NCBI GenBank assembly: GCA_047150005.1
Contig: AP038806.1
Location: 192,001 to 256,000 of the forward strand
Length of the DNA: 64,000 nt
Origin: Nitrospira sp.
GTDB lineage: Bacteria; Nitrospirota; Nitrospiria; Nitrospirales; Nitrospiraceae
Direction: 5' to 3'
This document shows positions 46,034-56,233 of the stretch, piece by piece (positions within the stretch are counted from its first letter, which is position 1; every line of letters starts with the position of its first letter). A model generated the notes under the pieces. It was not told the origin of the DNA. It was given only the letters and a program-made list of their open reading frames with translations, and searched no databases. The position numbers and the translations under genes are program-made.

Positions 46034-48835
46034 TCACCGCTTCTTCTTGCGAGCCGCGGGCGAACGGCGCGCGGATCGCGCCGCGGGCTTCGGCTTCGAG
46101 ATCGAGGAAGCCGAAGATCTGGCGGCTTTCTTGGCATCGGCCTCGGCCAACGCGGCGTGCGCCGCGGCGAGCCGGGCGATCGGCACCCGATAGGGCGAGC
46201 AACTGACATAATCCAGGCCCAGCTCGTGGCAGAACTCGACGGAGCTCGGATCTCCTCCGTGTTCTCCGCAGATGCCTAACTTGATCGCGGGACGGGTCTT
46301 CCGGCCGGCTGAGATCGCCTGCTTCATCAGCGCGCCGACGCCCACCCGATCGAGAACCGCGAATGGATCGGCCTCCATGATATTGACGGTCTTGTAGTGG
46401 TCGATGATTTTCGCGGCATCGTCGCGCGAGAACCCGAACGTGGTCTGCGTCAAGTCATTCGTCCCGAAGGAGAAGAATTCCGCCTCTTCGGCGATGCGGT
46501 CGGCCGTCACCGCGGCGCGCGGCAACTCGATCATGGTGCCGACGAAATAGGAGAGCTTGACGTTGTACCGCTTCATGGTCTCCTGCGCGACTTCACGGAC
46601 CAGGTCTTTTTGGGACTTCATTTCCGAGACCATACCGACCAGCGGAATCATGATCTCTGGCACGATCTTCTTGCCTTCCTTCGCCAGCTCGCAGGCGGCT
46701 TCCATGATGGCTCTGGCCTGCATCCGCGTGATCTCGGGCATGGTGATACCCAACCGGCAACCACGGAGCCCGAGCATGGGATTGAATTCGTGCAGTTCTT
46801 CGACGCGGGCGAGCAGCCGGCGCTTTTCCTCGAGCTTGGCGGCATCGCCTCCGGTCAATTCCAGTTGCGCGATCTCCACCATCAGCTCTTCCCGCTTCGG
46901 CAGAAACTCATGCAGCGGAGGATCGAGGAGCCGAATGGTCACCGGAAATCCCTGCATCTCCCGATACAGGCCGATGAAGTCCTGTTTCTGCAGCGGCAGG
47001 AGCTGATCGAGAAACTTTTCCCGCTCTTCCTTCGTTCGGGCCAGGATCATCTTCTGCATGATGGGGATGCGGTCTTCCGCGAAAAACATGTGCTCCGTGC
47101 GGCATAAGCCGATGCCCTCGGCGCCGAATCCCCGCGCGATATTGGCCTGCTCCGGCACGTCGGCATTGGCCCGCACGTGCAGCGTCCGGAAGCTGTCGGC
47201 CCAGGAGAGGATCGTGGCGAACCGCTGGAACTTGTCCGACTTTCTCGGATCGACCTTGCCTTGAATGACTTGGATAATCTCCGACTCGACGACGGGAATA
47301 TCGCCTTCGTACACGTTGCCGGTGGATCCATTGATCGACAAATAATCGCCCTCGCGAAACGTCTTGGCGCCGATCTTCACCGTTTGCGCGTCCAGGACCT
47401 CCACCGATTCGCACCCGGCCACGCAGACCTTGCCCATCTGGCGCGCGACGACGGCCGCATGAGAGGTCATCCCGCCGCGGGCGGTCAGAAACCCCGCCGC
47501 CGCATTCATCCCGTGGATATCGTCGGGGCTCGTCTCCTGCCGGACCAGCACCACGCGGTGACCAGCCGCCTTCATGTCCACCGCCCGATCGGGCGTCAGC
47601 GCGATCTTGCCCGCGGCCGCACCGGGCCCGGCCGGCAATCCCTTGCCGAGCGGATTGGCCTTGGATTCCTCCTTGGTATCGAAAATCGGATAGAGATATT
47701 GCGCGAGCTGGTCCGGCCCGATCCGCTGAACCGCTTCCTGCCTGGTGATGGCCCCTTCCTTGACCATGTCCACGGCGATCTTGACGGCCGCGATCCCGGT
47801 GCGTTTGCCGACGCGGGTCTGCAGCATGTAGAGCTTGCCTTCCTGGATCGTGAACTCCAGGTCCAGCATGTCGCGATAGTGTTTCTCGAGTTTCTTGTAG
47901 GTGTGTTCGAGTTCCTTGTAGGCGTCCGGCACGTTCTTCGCGAGCGCGTTCACGGGCAGCGGCGTGCGGATTCCCGCTACCACATCTTCGCCCTGCGCGT
48001 TCATCAGACACTCGCCGAAGAACGTTTTCTCGCCTGAACTCGGGCTGCGGGTGAACGCGACGCCGGTGCCGCTCGTTTCACCCATGTTGCCGAATACCAT
48101 AGCCACGACGTTCACCGCCGTCCCCCATGAATCGGGGATGCCGTAGAGCCGGCGGTACGTGATCGCCCGCGCGCCGAACCAGGAGGAGAAGACGGCGTTA
48201 ATCGCCATGCGTAGTTGATCGAGCGGTTCGTCCGGAAAGTCCTTCTTGGTTTCCTCTTTGACCAGTTCCTTGAAGCTCGCGACCAGCTCGCGGAGATGTC
48301 TGGCGTCAAGGTGCGTTTCATGGGTGACGCCGACTTCGGTCTTCTTGTGCTTGAGGATGGCTTCGAAGTGCTCGCGCGGCACGCCCATGACGATGCTGCC
48401 GAACATCGAGACGAACCGGCGGTAGCTGTCCTGGGCGAACCGGTCGTTGCGGGTCTTGGCCGCCAACCCTTCGACGGTCTTGGTGGTCAATCCGACGTTC
48501 AGGACCGTATCCATCATCCCGGGCATGGACGCGCGCGCGCCGGACCGCACCGACACGAGCAGCGGCCGCTCGGGATTGCCGAATCCCATGCCCATGGACC
48601 GCTCGACACGCTTCAGGGACTGCAAGGCGGCATCCCACATGCCGGGCGGATATTTCTTCCCCAGCTTGTAATACTCGACGCAGGCCTCGGTCGAAATCGT
48701 AAACCCGGGCGGGACCGAGATGCCGAGATTGGTCATCTCCGCCAATCCCGCGCCCTTTCCGCCGAGCAGCTCTTTCATGTTCGACGTGCCCTCGGCTCTG
48801 CCGTCCCCGAAGTAATAAACGTATTTCTTTGCCAC
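46034..48835 (-). CDS. ppdK: Pyruvate phosphate dikinase
   Basis: LLGGKGA, SMPGMMDT, GGMTSHAAVVAR, FSFGTNDLTQ, GICGEHGG; GTG 48835 with SD. Confidence 0.97.
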   Translation of the reverse strand: MAKKYVYYFGDGRAEGTSNMKELLGGKGAGLAEMTNLGISVPPGFTISTEACVEYYKLGKKYPPGMWDAALQSLKRVERSMGMGFGNPERPLLVSVRSGARASMPGMMDTVLNVGLTTKTVEGLAAKTRNDRFAQDSYRRFVSMFGSIVMGVPREHFEAILKHKKTEVGVTHETHLDARHLRELVASFKELVKEETKKDFPDEPLDQLRMAINAVFSSWFGARAITYRRLYGIPDSWGTAVNVVAMVFGNMGETSGTGVAFTRSPSSGEKTFFGECLMNAQGEDVVAGIRTPLPVNALAKNVPDAYKELEHTYKKLEKHYRDMLDLEFTIQEGKLYMLQTRVGKRTGIAAVKIAVDMVKEGAITRQEAVQRIGPDQLAQYLYPIFDTKEESKANPLGKGLPAGPGAAAGKIALTPDRAVDMKAAGHRVVLVRQETSPDDIHGMNAAAGFLTARGGMTSHAAVVARQMGKVCVAGCESVEVLDAQTVKIGAKTFREGDYLSINGSTGNVYEGDIPVVESEIIQVIQGKVDPRKSDKFQRFATILSWADSFRTLHVRANADVPEQANIARGFGAEGIGLCRTEHMFFAEDRIPIMQKMILARTKEEREKFLDQLLPLQKQDFIGLYREMQGFPVTIRLLDPPLHEFLPKREELMVEIAQLELTGGDAAKLEEKRRLLARVEELHEFNPMLGLRGCRLGITMPEITRMQARAIMEAACELAKEGKKIVPEIMIPLVGMVSEMKSQKDLVREVAQETMKRYNVKLSYFVGTMIELPRAAVTADRIAEEAEFFSFGTNDLTQTTFGFSRDDAAKIIDHYKTVNIMEADPFAVLDRVGVGALMKQAISAGRKTRPAIKLGICGEHGGDPSSVEFCHELGLDYVSCSPYRVPIARLAAAHAALAEADAKKAARSSASSISKPKPAARSARRSPAARKKKR

Positions 48836-48873
48836 GGGTGCCCTCTCCTTCCGCTCCACGACCAGTGGAGAAT

Positions 48874-49368
48874 TCATGAACTGCGCGGTGCGGCCATCTC
48901 CAGTTGAAGCCGATAGCGGCTCACAAGATAGCGCCTCACCCACAGGCCGAACAAGAGTACGGCCCCGACGAACATCGCGAGCGCCAGCAGCCGAAAATCA
49001 GGCCGGATGCCTTGATCGAAATAGTACCGTCCGTCCGGCCCCTGCCGAACTTTGATGTCGCTCGCCAAACGGTGCGGCGCCCCGGAAGGGTCGCCCAGAT
49101 TGATCCATTCGGAGCACAGACGTACCGGTTCCGGCGCGCCGGCCACCCGCTCCCACGTCAACCGCAGACAGACGTCCTTGGCCGCGTTGAAGAGATCGGG
49201 AGTCTTCACCAACTCGTCGAGATTCACGCCGCTGACCCAGACCCCGAACAGCAGAATGCCGTTGCACAAAACGATCATGCCGAGCGTGACGAGCGTCGCA
49301 TACCGCCGCACCTTCGCCACGCGCGAATCCCGAGACGCAGGCTCAGCTGTGGGGTACGGTCGTTCCAT
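48874..49368 (-). CDS. Hypothetical two-TM protein
   Basis: SD GAGGGAGG; two TMs flanking a loop with two Cys. Confidence 0.65.
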   Translation of the reverse strand: MERPYPTAEPASRDSRVAKVRRYATLVTLGMIVLCNGILLFGVWVSGVNLDELVKTPDLFNAAKDVCLRLTWERVAGAPEPVRLCSEWINLGDPSGAPHRLASDIKVRQGPDGRYYFDQGIRPDFRLLALAMFVGAVLLFGLWVRRYLVSRYRLQLEMAAPRSS

Positions 49369-49395
49369 CCCCCTCCCTCAGAACCACGGGCGGGT

Positions 49396-51567
49396 CTATC
49401 CACCTTGTACCATAATACGCGAAAAGTCTGCGAACGACTTGAAAAAGTCATCGACCGTTTTCAACAGCGACAGACGATTGCCGCGGATCGCGGGATCGTC
49501 GACGTTGACCATGACCCCGGCGAAAAACGCGTCGATGACCGGCTTCAGCCGCACCAGGTGACCCAGCGCCCGGTCGTATCGTCCTTGTGCCATTTCGGCT
49601 TCGAAATCCTTTCGGCACGCGTCCGCCTGCCGGTGCAGCTCTGTCTCGGCCGGATGGTTGAACAGCGCCGGATTGACCGGCTCCCTGTTCCACTGCTCTT
49701 TTTCGACGATCCGGGAAGCGCGCTTGAAGCCGACGATGAGCGGGTCGAACTCCGGTTCGAGCGTGACGGCTTGAAGCGCCTGCATCCTCTGGAGAAGATC
49801 CGGCAAGTCGAGCACGGCCCCGGGTACCGTCCGCAGCACCGCGTCCATGACGTCGTCGCGCACGCGATGCACGGTGCGGCCGTAGTGGCGCACCCGTTCG
49901 AACAGAAAGTCGGTGATCCGGCGCAGGCCCTGCTGTTCGGATTCCGCCGCACCTTTGAAGCCTTCCGCGACGACAAGGGCCCGAGCCTGTTCGATGGAAC
50001 GATGCACATCAAACCGGAGGCCGCCCTCCAGGACGATGCGCACGATCGCCGTCGCATGCCGGCGCAGCGCAAATGGGTCTTCCGAGCCGGTCGGCACGAG
50101 ACCCACGTGAAAAAACGCGGCGATCGAATCGAGCCGGTCGGCCATCGACAGCAGCCGGCCGGGCAGCGAGCGCGGCAGTTCCCCTTCGAGCGCCTTGGGC
50201 AAGTATTGTTCACGGACCGCCTGCACCACCGCGGCCGGCTCCCCGTCGTGACGCGCATATTCTCCGCCCATGATCCCCTGCAGCTCGGGAAACTCGCCGA
50301 CGATGCCCGTCAGGAGATCGGCCTTGCACAAGGCGCCGGCCCGACCGCAGATCCGCGCCAACTCGGCATCGCCGGGGACGGTTTGCCCGGCGAGAAATTC
50401 CGCCAGTTTTCTGACCCGCTCCTGCTTCTGCCCCATCGTTCCCAGTTTTTGATGGAACGTCACGCCTCCCAGCTTCGCCACACGCGCCTCGAGCGTCGTC
50501 TTGCGGTCTTCGTCGAAAAAGAACTTTGCGTCGGCCAGCCGGGCGGCCAGCACGCGCTCGTTGCCGGCGCGGATCAACGACAAGTCCTTGAGCTGGGTGT
50601 TGGCCACGGCGATGAAATGCGGAGCAAGAGCGCCCGTTTCCGTATTCCTGACCGAAAAGAACCCCTGGTGTTCTTTCATCGACGTCATGAGAATGTCGGA
50701 CGGTACGGCGAGATAATCCGGTTTGAAACCGCCGATCAAGGCCTGCGGCCATTCGGTGGTGAACACCGCTTGGTCGAGCAGCGACTCATCGGCGTGCAGC
50801 GCGAGATGAGCCGTCGCACACAGCCGATCCAGTTGCGATTGAACCAGGGCTCTTCTCCGCTCGGGATCGACCAGGACCCCGCCCCGCTCCAGCGCTGTTT
50901 CATACGACCTGGCGTCGCGCACCGTGATGGGGCGATGGCCCGTCTTCACCCGATGGCCGTAGGTTCGGTTCCCGGCCGTGAGGCCTGCGGTCTGAATCGG
51001 CACGACCGCGCCGGCGAAGACCGCCAAGATCCAGCGCACCGGTCGCGCGAACCGAACGCCGCTCTCATTCCATTTCATGGCCTTCGGAAACGCCAGGCCT
51101 CCGACCAGTTGCGGCAGCAGCTCCTGCAAGACCGCCTTGGCGGGACGCCCGGCATCCTGCTTGACCGCAAACAGATATTCGCCTTTGGGTGTGGAACGGA
51201 TCTGCAGCGATTCGACCGCCACGCCTTGACCGGCTGCGAAGCCCACGGCCGCTTTGGTCGGCTGCCCGCCGGCGTCGAAGGCCACCGCCTTCGACGGCCC
51301 CATGGTCTCCTTGACCACCGAGGCCTGCCGAAGCGCCAACTCATCAACGATGACCACCAGCCGTCGCGGCGTCCCGTAGCTGCGAAGGGCGCCATAGGAG
51401 AGGCGGGCCTCGGTCAGGAGCAGCGCCGCCCGTTCTTTCAGCGACGCGAGGGCCGGGACGATGAATTGATAGGGCAGCTCTTCGGTGCCGATTTCCAGAA
51501 GCAGCTCGCCGCCGGAGTGGCGAGCCGGCGGTTTAGAGGCTGGTGTGCGTGCGGCGTGTTTTTTCAT
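49396..51567 (-). CDS. glyS: Glycine--tRNA ligase beta subunit
   Basis: LLLEIGTEELP, TPRRL, FARPVRW, EFPELQGIMG, GSEDPFALRR, NRLSLL. Alternative start 51591. Confidence 0.95.
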   Translation of the reverse strand: MKKHAARTPASKPPARHSGGELLLEIGTEELPYQFIVPALASLKERAALLLTEARLSYGALRSYGTPRRLVVIVDELALRQASVVKETMGPSKAVAFDAGGQPTKAAVGFAAGQGVAVESLQIRSTPKGEYLFAVKQDAGRPAKAVLQELLPQLVGGLAFPKAMKWNESGVRFARPVRWILAVFAGAVVPIQTAGLTAGNRTYGHRVKTGHRPITVRDARSYETALERGGVLVDPERRRALVQSQLDRLCATAHLALHADESLLDQAVFTTEWPQALIGGFKPDYLAVPSDILMTSMKEHQGFFSVRNTETGALAPHFIAVANTQLKDLSLIRAGNERVLAARLADAKFFFDEDRKTTLEARVAKLGGVTFHQKLGTMGQKQERVRKLAEFLAGQTVPGDAELARICGRAGALCKADLLTGIVGEFPELQGIMGGEYARHDGEPAAVVQAVREQYLPKALEGELPRSLPGRLLSMADRLDSIAAFFHVGLVPTGSEDPFALRRHATAIVRIVLEGGLRFDVHRSIEQARALVVAEGFKGAAESEQQGLRRITDFLFERVRHYGRTVHRVRDDVMDAVLRTVPGAVLDLPDLLQRMQALQAVTLEPEFDPLIVGFKRASRIVEKEQWNREPVNPALFNHPAETELHRQADACRKDFEAEMAQGRYDRALGHLVRLKPVIDAFFAGVMVNVDDPAIRGNRLSLLKTVDDFFKSFADFSRIMVQGG

Positions 51568-51577
51568 CAGCCGTGAC

Positions 51578-52489
51578 TTACTTGCGACCACGGGCGCCGA
51601 CCGTCTTCGCCCGGCGCTCGATGAGCGGATGGCCCATGGCGGCCCGCTCCTCTATATACCGCTCGGCGCACTGCCTGGCCAGCGCGCGGACCCGCCCGAT
51701 GTAGCCCGTCCGTTCCGCCACGCTGATCGCCCCGCGCGCGTCGAGCACGTTGAACACATGGGAGGACTTGATGCAGTAGTCGTAGGCGGGAAGCGCGAGC
51801 CGCCGGTCCGTGCGGCCGAGCAACCGCTTGCACTCCGCTTCGTACGCCCGGAACGCGTCCATCAACATCGTCACATCGCCTTCTTCGAAGTTATAGCGCG
51901 AGAACTGCACCTCGGATTCATGGTGAATGTCGCCGTATCGAATCTGGTCGGTCCACGCGAGATCGTAGACATTGTTCACTTGCTGCAAATACATGGCGAT
52001 GCGTTCGGTGCCGTACGTGATTTCACCCGTGATCGGACTGAGCTCGATGCCGCCGATTTCCTGGAAATAGGTGAACTGCGTGATCTCCATGCCGTCCAGC
52101 CGGACTTCCCAGCCGAGCCCCCAGGCTCCCAGCGTCGGCGATTCCCAATCGTCCTGGATGAATCGGATGTCGTGCTGTTTCGGATTGATCCCGAGGCGGG
52201 CCAGGCTCTCCAGATAGAGGTCCTGGATATTGTCCGGCGACGGTTTGAGCACGACTTGATACTGGTAGTAATGCTGCAGGCGATTAGGATTCTCTCCGTA
52301 TCGGCCGTCGGTGGGACGCCGGCATGGCTGCGCATAGGCCGCCTGCCAGGGTTCCGGACCGAGGGCACGCAGAAACGTGGCCGGATGGAACGTACCGGCA
52401 CCCATCTCCAGATCATACGGCTGATGAATGACGCAGCCTTGATCGGCCCAAAACCGGTGCAATGTGAGGATGAGATTCTGGAAGGTCAC
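51578..52489 (-). CDS. glyQ: Glycine--tRNA ligase alpha subunit
   Basis: [34 protein letters not shown]. Confidence 0.97.
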   Translation of the reverse strand: MTFQNLILTLHRFWADQGCVIHQPYDLEMGAGTFHPATFLRALGPEPWQAAYAQPCRRPTDGRYGENPNRLQHYYQYQVVLKPSPDNIQDLYLESLARLGINPKQHDIRFIQDDWESPTLGAWGLGWEVRLDGMEITQFTYFQEIGGIELSPITGEITYGTERIAMYLQQVNNVYDLAWTDQIRYGDIHHESEVQFSRYNFEEGDVTMLMDAFRAYEAECKRLLGRTDRRLALPAYDYCIKSSHVFNVLDARGAISVAERTGYIGRVRALARQCAERYIEERAAMGHPLIERRAKTVGARGRK

Positions 52490-52748
52490 GAAGAGTCACG
52501 TCCCGATGCCGATAACCGATTTTCTTGACGCTACGCGTGTGGAAGCTATCAAGAATCGAGCGGGTCTGTCAATAAACCTCCTCTATCATCAACGAGTTGC
52601 GCGATTCCTCCTGCGTCTGCTGTCCCTTGGGAATTCTGCGATGAATGCCGCAGTCGGACGATCCGAGAACGCTGTAGCCGTCTTGACTCGATCGAAGGCC
52701 TCGGCCTATTCTACCATTCTTGATTAAGTCACTTTATTTCCGCCAAAG

Positions 52749-53183
52749 ATGAAGCTGTCCAAGAAAAGCGAGTACGGTTTGCGCGCCTTGCTCGAATTGA
52801 CGCTCGCGAACGGAAGCAAACCATTGCAGCGCCACGAAATCGCCGACCGCCAAGGTATTCCCGTGGAATTTCTCGAACAGATTTTGCTGGCCCTGAAGCG
52901 CGCGGGCCTGCTGTCCAGCCGTCGCGGGATCCGTGGCGGCTATGCGCTGATCAAGCCGCCGAGCCAAATCACGCTGGGGCAGGTCATTCGGATTCTGGAC
53001 GGTCCGCTGGCTCCCATCGGCTGCGTCAGCAAGACCGCCTACCAGAAGTGCTCCGAATGTCCCTACGCCGAAAAGGCGCAATGCCCGGTCCAGCATGTGA
53101 TGGGTACGGTGCGCGACGCGATTGCCGACATCTTGGACAACTACACGCTCGAAGATTTCTCGGCCGGACAACGAAACGGATAA
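52749..53183 (+). CDS. Rrf2 family regulator
   Basis: YGLRALLEL, FLEQILLAL, SRRGIRGGY, four C-terminal Cys; promoter TTGACT-N18-TATTCT at 52683-52712. Confidence 0.92.
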   Translation: MKLSKKSEYGLRALLELTLANGSKPLQRHEIADRQGIPVEFLEQILLALKRAGLLSSRRGIRGGYALIKPPSQITLGQVIRILDGPLAPIGCVSKTAYQKCSECPYAEKAQCPVQHVMGTVRDAIADILDNYTLEDFSAGQRNG

Positions 53184-53215
53184 TTATTGAAAGATGATCC
53201 TGACTTCCCCCGTTT

Positions 53216-53557
53216 CTACTTCACCTCAATCGTGACGACGGATTCGGCCGCCAGCATCTTATGATCGTCCGTCGCGGCCACAACCTTGATCTCATGCTTG
53301 CCGGGCGGAAGATTGGTGAAGGTCCCCTTGAATCCCTTTTGATACTGCCCATCGAGGTAAACATGCGCATGATGGGCCTTCACGCCCTTCGCCAACTCGT
53401 ACGTGAGATCGACGGCGGCTCCGTCGACAGTCGCACCGTCCGCAGGGGCCGTGATCGTCACCTTCGATCCGTCCTCATCGCCCGCGAACACCGCCGACGC
53501 AATGCCGCTCACGGCCAACACACCTCCCAACACGATCGCACACGTCCCTCGCATCAT
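53216..53557 (-). CDS. Small exported Ig-like protein with His motif
   Basis: SD GGGAGG; signal peptide; VTITAPADGATV, HHAHVYLDG, LPPGKHEI. Confidence 0.72.
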   Translation of the reverse strand: MMRGTCAIVLGGVLAVSGIASAVFAGDEDGSKVTITAPADGATVDGAAVDLTYELAKGVKAHHAHVYLDGQYQKGFKGTFTNLPPGKHEIKVVAATDDHKMLAAESVVTIEVK

Positions 53558-53719
53558 CGTCTTGCCTCCCCTTGATGTGGTTGATTTGAATCGCGACGGT
53601 CGTCCGAAGAGAGGACGACACCTTAATGTTCTATACCGGAGCGCGGTTCGGTGAGTCAAACCGAAGGACCAAGTCCACGCCATCATCCCGCCGGCCACCG
53701 GCGACAGGATGCGTTCCGA

Positions 53720-53753
53720 TTCATTGACTCGTCCCGAATCCTTTGCTAGCCTG
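53720..53753 (+). promoter_or_regulatory. Sigma70-type promoter, copy 1 of a duplicated motif
   Basis: TTCATTGACTCGTCC-N7-TTTGCTAGCCTG (TTGACT-N17-TAGCCT with TG extension). Confidence 0.6.
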
Positions 53754-53822
53754 CCTGCTCCCGAATGAGCTGTTCATCTCGACGAGACGGGCGCTGCATC
53801 TCCGCTTCGACGAGAGGTTGCG

Positions 53823-54215
53823 ATGACCAGGCTCCTCCCGATATCCGGCTTCCCGTTTCGCCCAGTTCAGGCGCTGTTACTGTCGCTGATGCCCGTTGTG
53901 CTGAGCGCCTGCGGGCAAGGCAACGACAATATGAGTGCCGGTCCGGAGACGGTCGAACCCGTCTCGTCATTGAACGTCACCCTGGTCTGGGATCCGGTCC
54001 CGGATCCCAGCGTAACCGGATACGTCATTCACTATGGACGCTCTTCCCCGAACCAGCGCGGGTCCTGTCGGTATGAGGCGTCGCTCTTCGTGTCGCAGGC
54101 GAGAGGAACGGTAAGCAATCTGCGTCCCGAGACGCGCTATTATTTCTCCGTCAGTTCGTACAACGGAGTCGAAGGGTTTTGCTCCGAGGAAGTGTCGACC
54201 GTGACTCCCGCGTGA
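53823..54215 (+). CDS. Fibronectin type III domain lipoprotein
   Basis: Lipobox LSAC; VTLVWDP, VTGYVIHYG, VSNLRPETRYYFSVSSYN. Confidence 0.8.
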   Translation: MTRLLPISGFPFRPVQALLLSLMPVVLSACGQGNDNMSAGPETVEPVSSLNVTLVWDPVPDPSVTGYVIHYGRSSPNQRGSCRYEASLFVSQARGTVSNLRPETRYYFSVSSYNGVEGFCSEEVSTVTPA

Positions 54216-54255
54216 CCGGCTTGATCGTCGAGAACGGTGGACATTCGGCCCCGAC

Positions 54256-54290
54256 TTCATTGACTCGTCCACCTCGGGTTTGCTAGCCTG
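54256..54290 (+). promoter_or_regulatory. Sigma70-type promoter, copy 2, upstream of tkt
   Basis: TTCATTGACTCGTCC-N8-TTTGCTAGCCTG (TTGACT-N18-TAGCCT). Confidence 0.6.
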
Positions 54291-54367
54291 AGATTTCTCT
54301 TCTTGCCGCCGCGCGCGAGGGAACTGAACAAAAGACGCGTCCGGCGGAATTCCAGAAAGGAGACGCA

Positions 54368-56233
54368 ATGACCAGCCTGAGCCTCACGCCCGACCTCCTC
54401 ACCACGCTCCATAACAAAGCCACGAAGCTCCGGATCGAAAGCGTTCGGGCGACCAGCGAGGCTGGCAGCGGACATCCGTCGAGCTGCTGTTCCGCCGCGG
54501 ACATCGTGTCGGCCCTGTTCTTTCACATCATGCGCTACGACCCGAAGAACCCCAAGGCCTCCAACAGCGACCGATTCGTTCTGTCCAAGGGACACGCCGC
54601 TCCGCTGCTGTACGCCGCCTGGGCCGAAACGGGTCTGTTTTCCATCGATGAGTTGCTCAAGCTGAGAACCCTGACGTCGGATCTTGAAGGCCATCCGACC
54701 CCCCGGCTGCCGTTCGTGGACATGGCGACCGGCTCGCTGGGCCAAGGGCTACCCGTGGGCGTGGGCATCGCGCTCGATGCCAAGTTCGTCGACAAACTGA
54801 CGCGTCGCACGTACGTGTTGATGGGGGACGGAGAATCCGTCGAAGGCTCCGTCTGGGAAGCCGCGGAAATCGCGCGCCAGTACGGCCTGGACAATCTCTG
54901 CGCCATCGTCGACGTGAACCGGCTCGGACAGAGCGACCCGACGATGCTGCAGCACGACATGGAGGCCTATCGCGCCCGTTGGTCCGGTTTCGGTTGGCAT
55001 GCGGTGGTGATCGACGGGCATGACCTCAAGGCGATCGTCTCGGCCTTCTCGGAAGCGGCCGAGACGAAAGGAAGGCCCACGGTGATTCTGGCCAAGACGT
55101 TCAAGGGCCGGGGCATCTCCTTCATCGAGGACCACCCCAACTGGCACGGCAAGCCGATCCCGAAGGGCCAGGACATGCAGAAGGCGATCGAAGAATTGAC
55201 GAAGCAACTCAAGCCCAATGGCACCGAAGTCGCCATCACACGGCCCATCCCTTCTTCGGCTGCCCCCGCAGCCACAGGAACCGTGCCGGCACCACCCTAT
55301 AAGATAGGTGATTCTGCGGCGACACGGGAAGCGTTCGGCGTCGCGCTCGAGGCGATCGGCTCCGCCAACCAACAGGTCGTGGCGCTGGACGCGGACGTCA
55401 AGAATTCGACCTACACGGAAAAATTCGGCAAGAAATTCCCCGACCGGTTCTTCGAGAGTTTCATCGCGGAACAGAACATGCTCGGTGCGGCGGCGGGACT
55501 CGCCGCCTGCGGGAAGATTCCCTTTGTCGCCACCTTCGCCGCCTTTTTCACCAGAGCCTATGACTTCATCCGCATGGCGGCCATCAGCGGCTCGAACATC
55601 AAACTCGTCGGCACGCATGTGGGGGTCAGCATCGGCGAAGACGGACCTTCGCAGATGGGCTTGGAGGACATCGCCATGATGGCCGCGCAGCCCGGCATCA
55701 CCGTCTTCTATCCGTCGGACGCCACCAGTACCTATCGGTTGGTGGAGGCGGCCGCCGCCCATAAGGGCATGGTGTATCTCAGAGCGGGCCGGCCGAAGTC
55801 GCCCGTGCTCTACGGTCCGGACGAGCGCTTTCCCATCGGCGGCTCCAAAGTCCTGCGCCACAATCAATCCGACGCGTTGACCATCGTGGCAGCGGGTGTC
55901 ACGCTGTTCGAAGCGCTCAAGGCCTACGATCAATTGAAAGCGGCGGGGGTCTCCGTCCGCGTCGTGGATCTGTACAGCATCGTTCCCATCGACCGCACCA
56001 CGCTGTTGGACTGCGCCCGCTCCACGCAGGGACGCATCCTGACCGTCGAGGACCATTACGCGCACGGAGGACTCGGCGACGCGGTGCTCGACGCCGTCGG
56101 CTCTGAAGGCATCCGGGTGCACAAGCTCGCGGTGCGGGCCATCCCCCATAGCGGAAAACCCGAAGAGCTGATCGATCACTTTGGCATAGGAGCGCGCTCT
56201 ATTGTCGAAGCGGCCAAACAAATCATCAAGTAG
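54368..56233 (+). CDS. tkt: Transketolase
   Basis: SGHPSSC, LSKGHAAP, TGSLGQG, GDGE..EG, IAEQNM, GEDGPSQM; SD AGGAG. Confidence 0.95.
   Translation: MTSLSLTPDLLTTLHNKATKLRIESVRATSEAGSGHPSSCCSAADIVSALFFHIMRYDPKNPKASNSDRFVLSKGHAAPLLYAAWAETGLFSIDELLKLRTLTSDLEGHPTPRLPFVDMATGSLGQGLPVGVGIALDAKFVDKLTRRTYVLMGDGESVEGSVWEAAEIARQYGLDNLCAIVDVNRLGQSDPTMLQHDMEAYRARWSGFGWHAVVIDGHDLKAIVSAFSEAAETKGRPTVILAKTFKGRGISFIEDHPNWHGKPIPKGQDMQKAIEELTKQLKPNGTEVAITRPIPSSAAPAATGTVPAPPYKIGDSAATREAFGVALEAIGSANQQVVALDADVKNSTYTEKFGKKFPDRFFESFIAEQNMLGAAAGLAACGKIPFVATFAAFFTRAYDFIRMAAISGSNIKLVGTHVGVSIGEDGPSQMGLEDIAMMAAQPGITVFYPSDATSTYRLVEAAAAHKGMVYLRAGRPKSPVLYGPDERFPIGGSKVLRHNQSDALTIVAAGVTLFEALKAYDQLKAAGVSVRVVDLYSIVPIDRTTLLDCARSTQGRILTVEDHYAHGGLGDAVLDAVGSEGIRVHKLAVRAIPHSGKPEELIDHFGIGARSIVEAAKQIIK

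Noticed and set aside
48904..51576. 890-aa plus-strand ORF
   Set aside because: Antisense shadow of glyS; expected from GC3 bias; no motifs.
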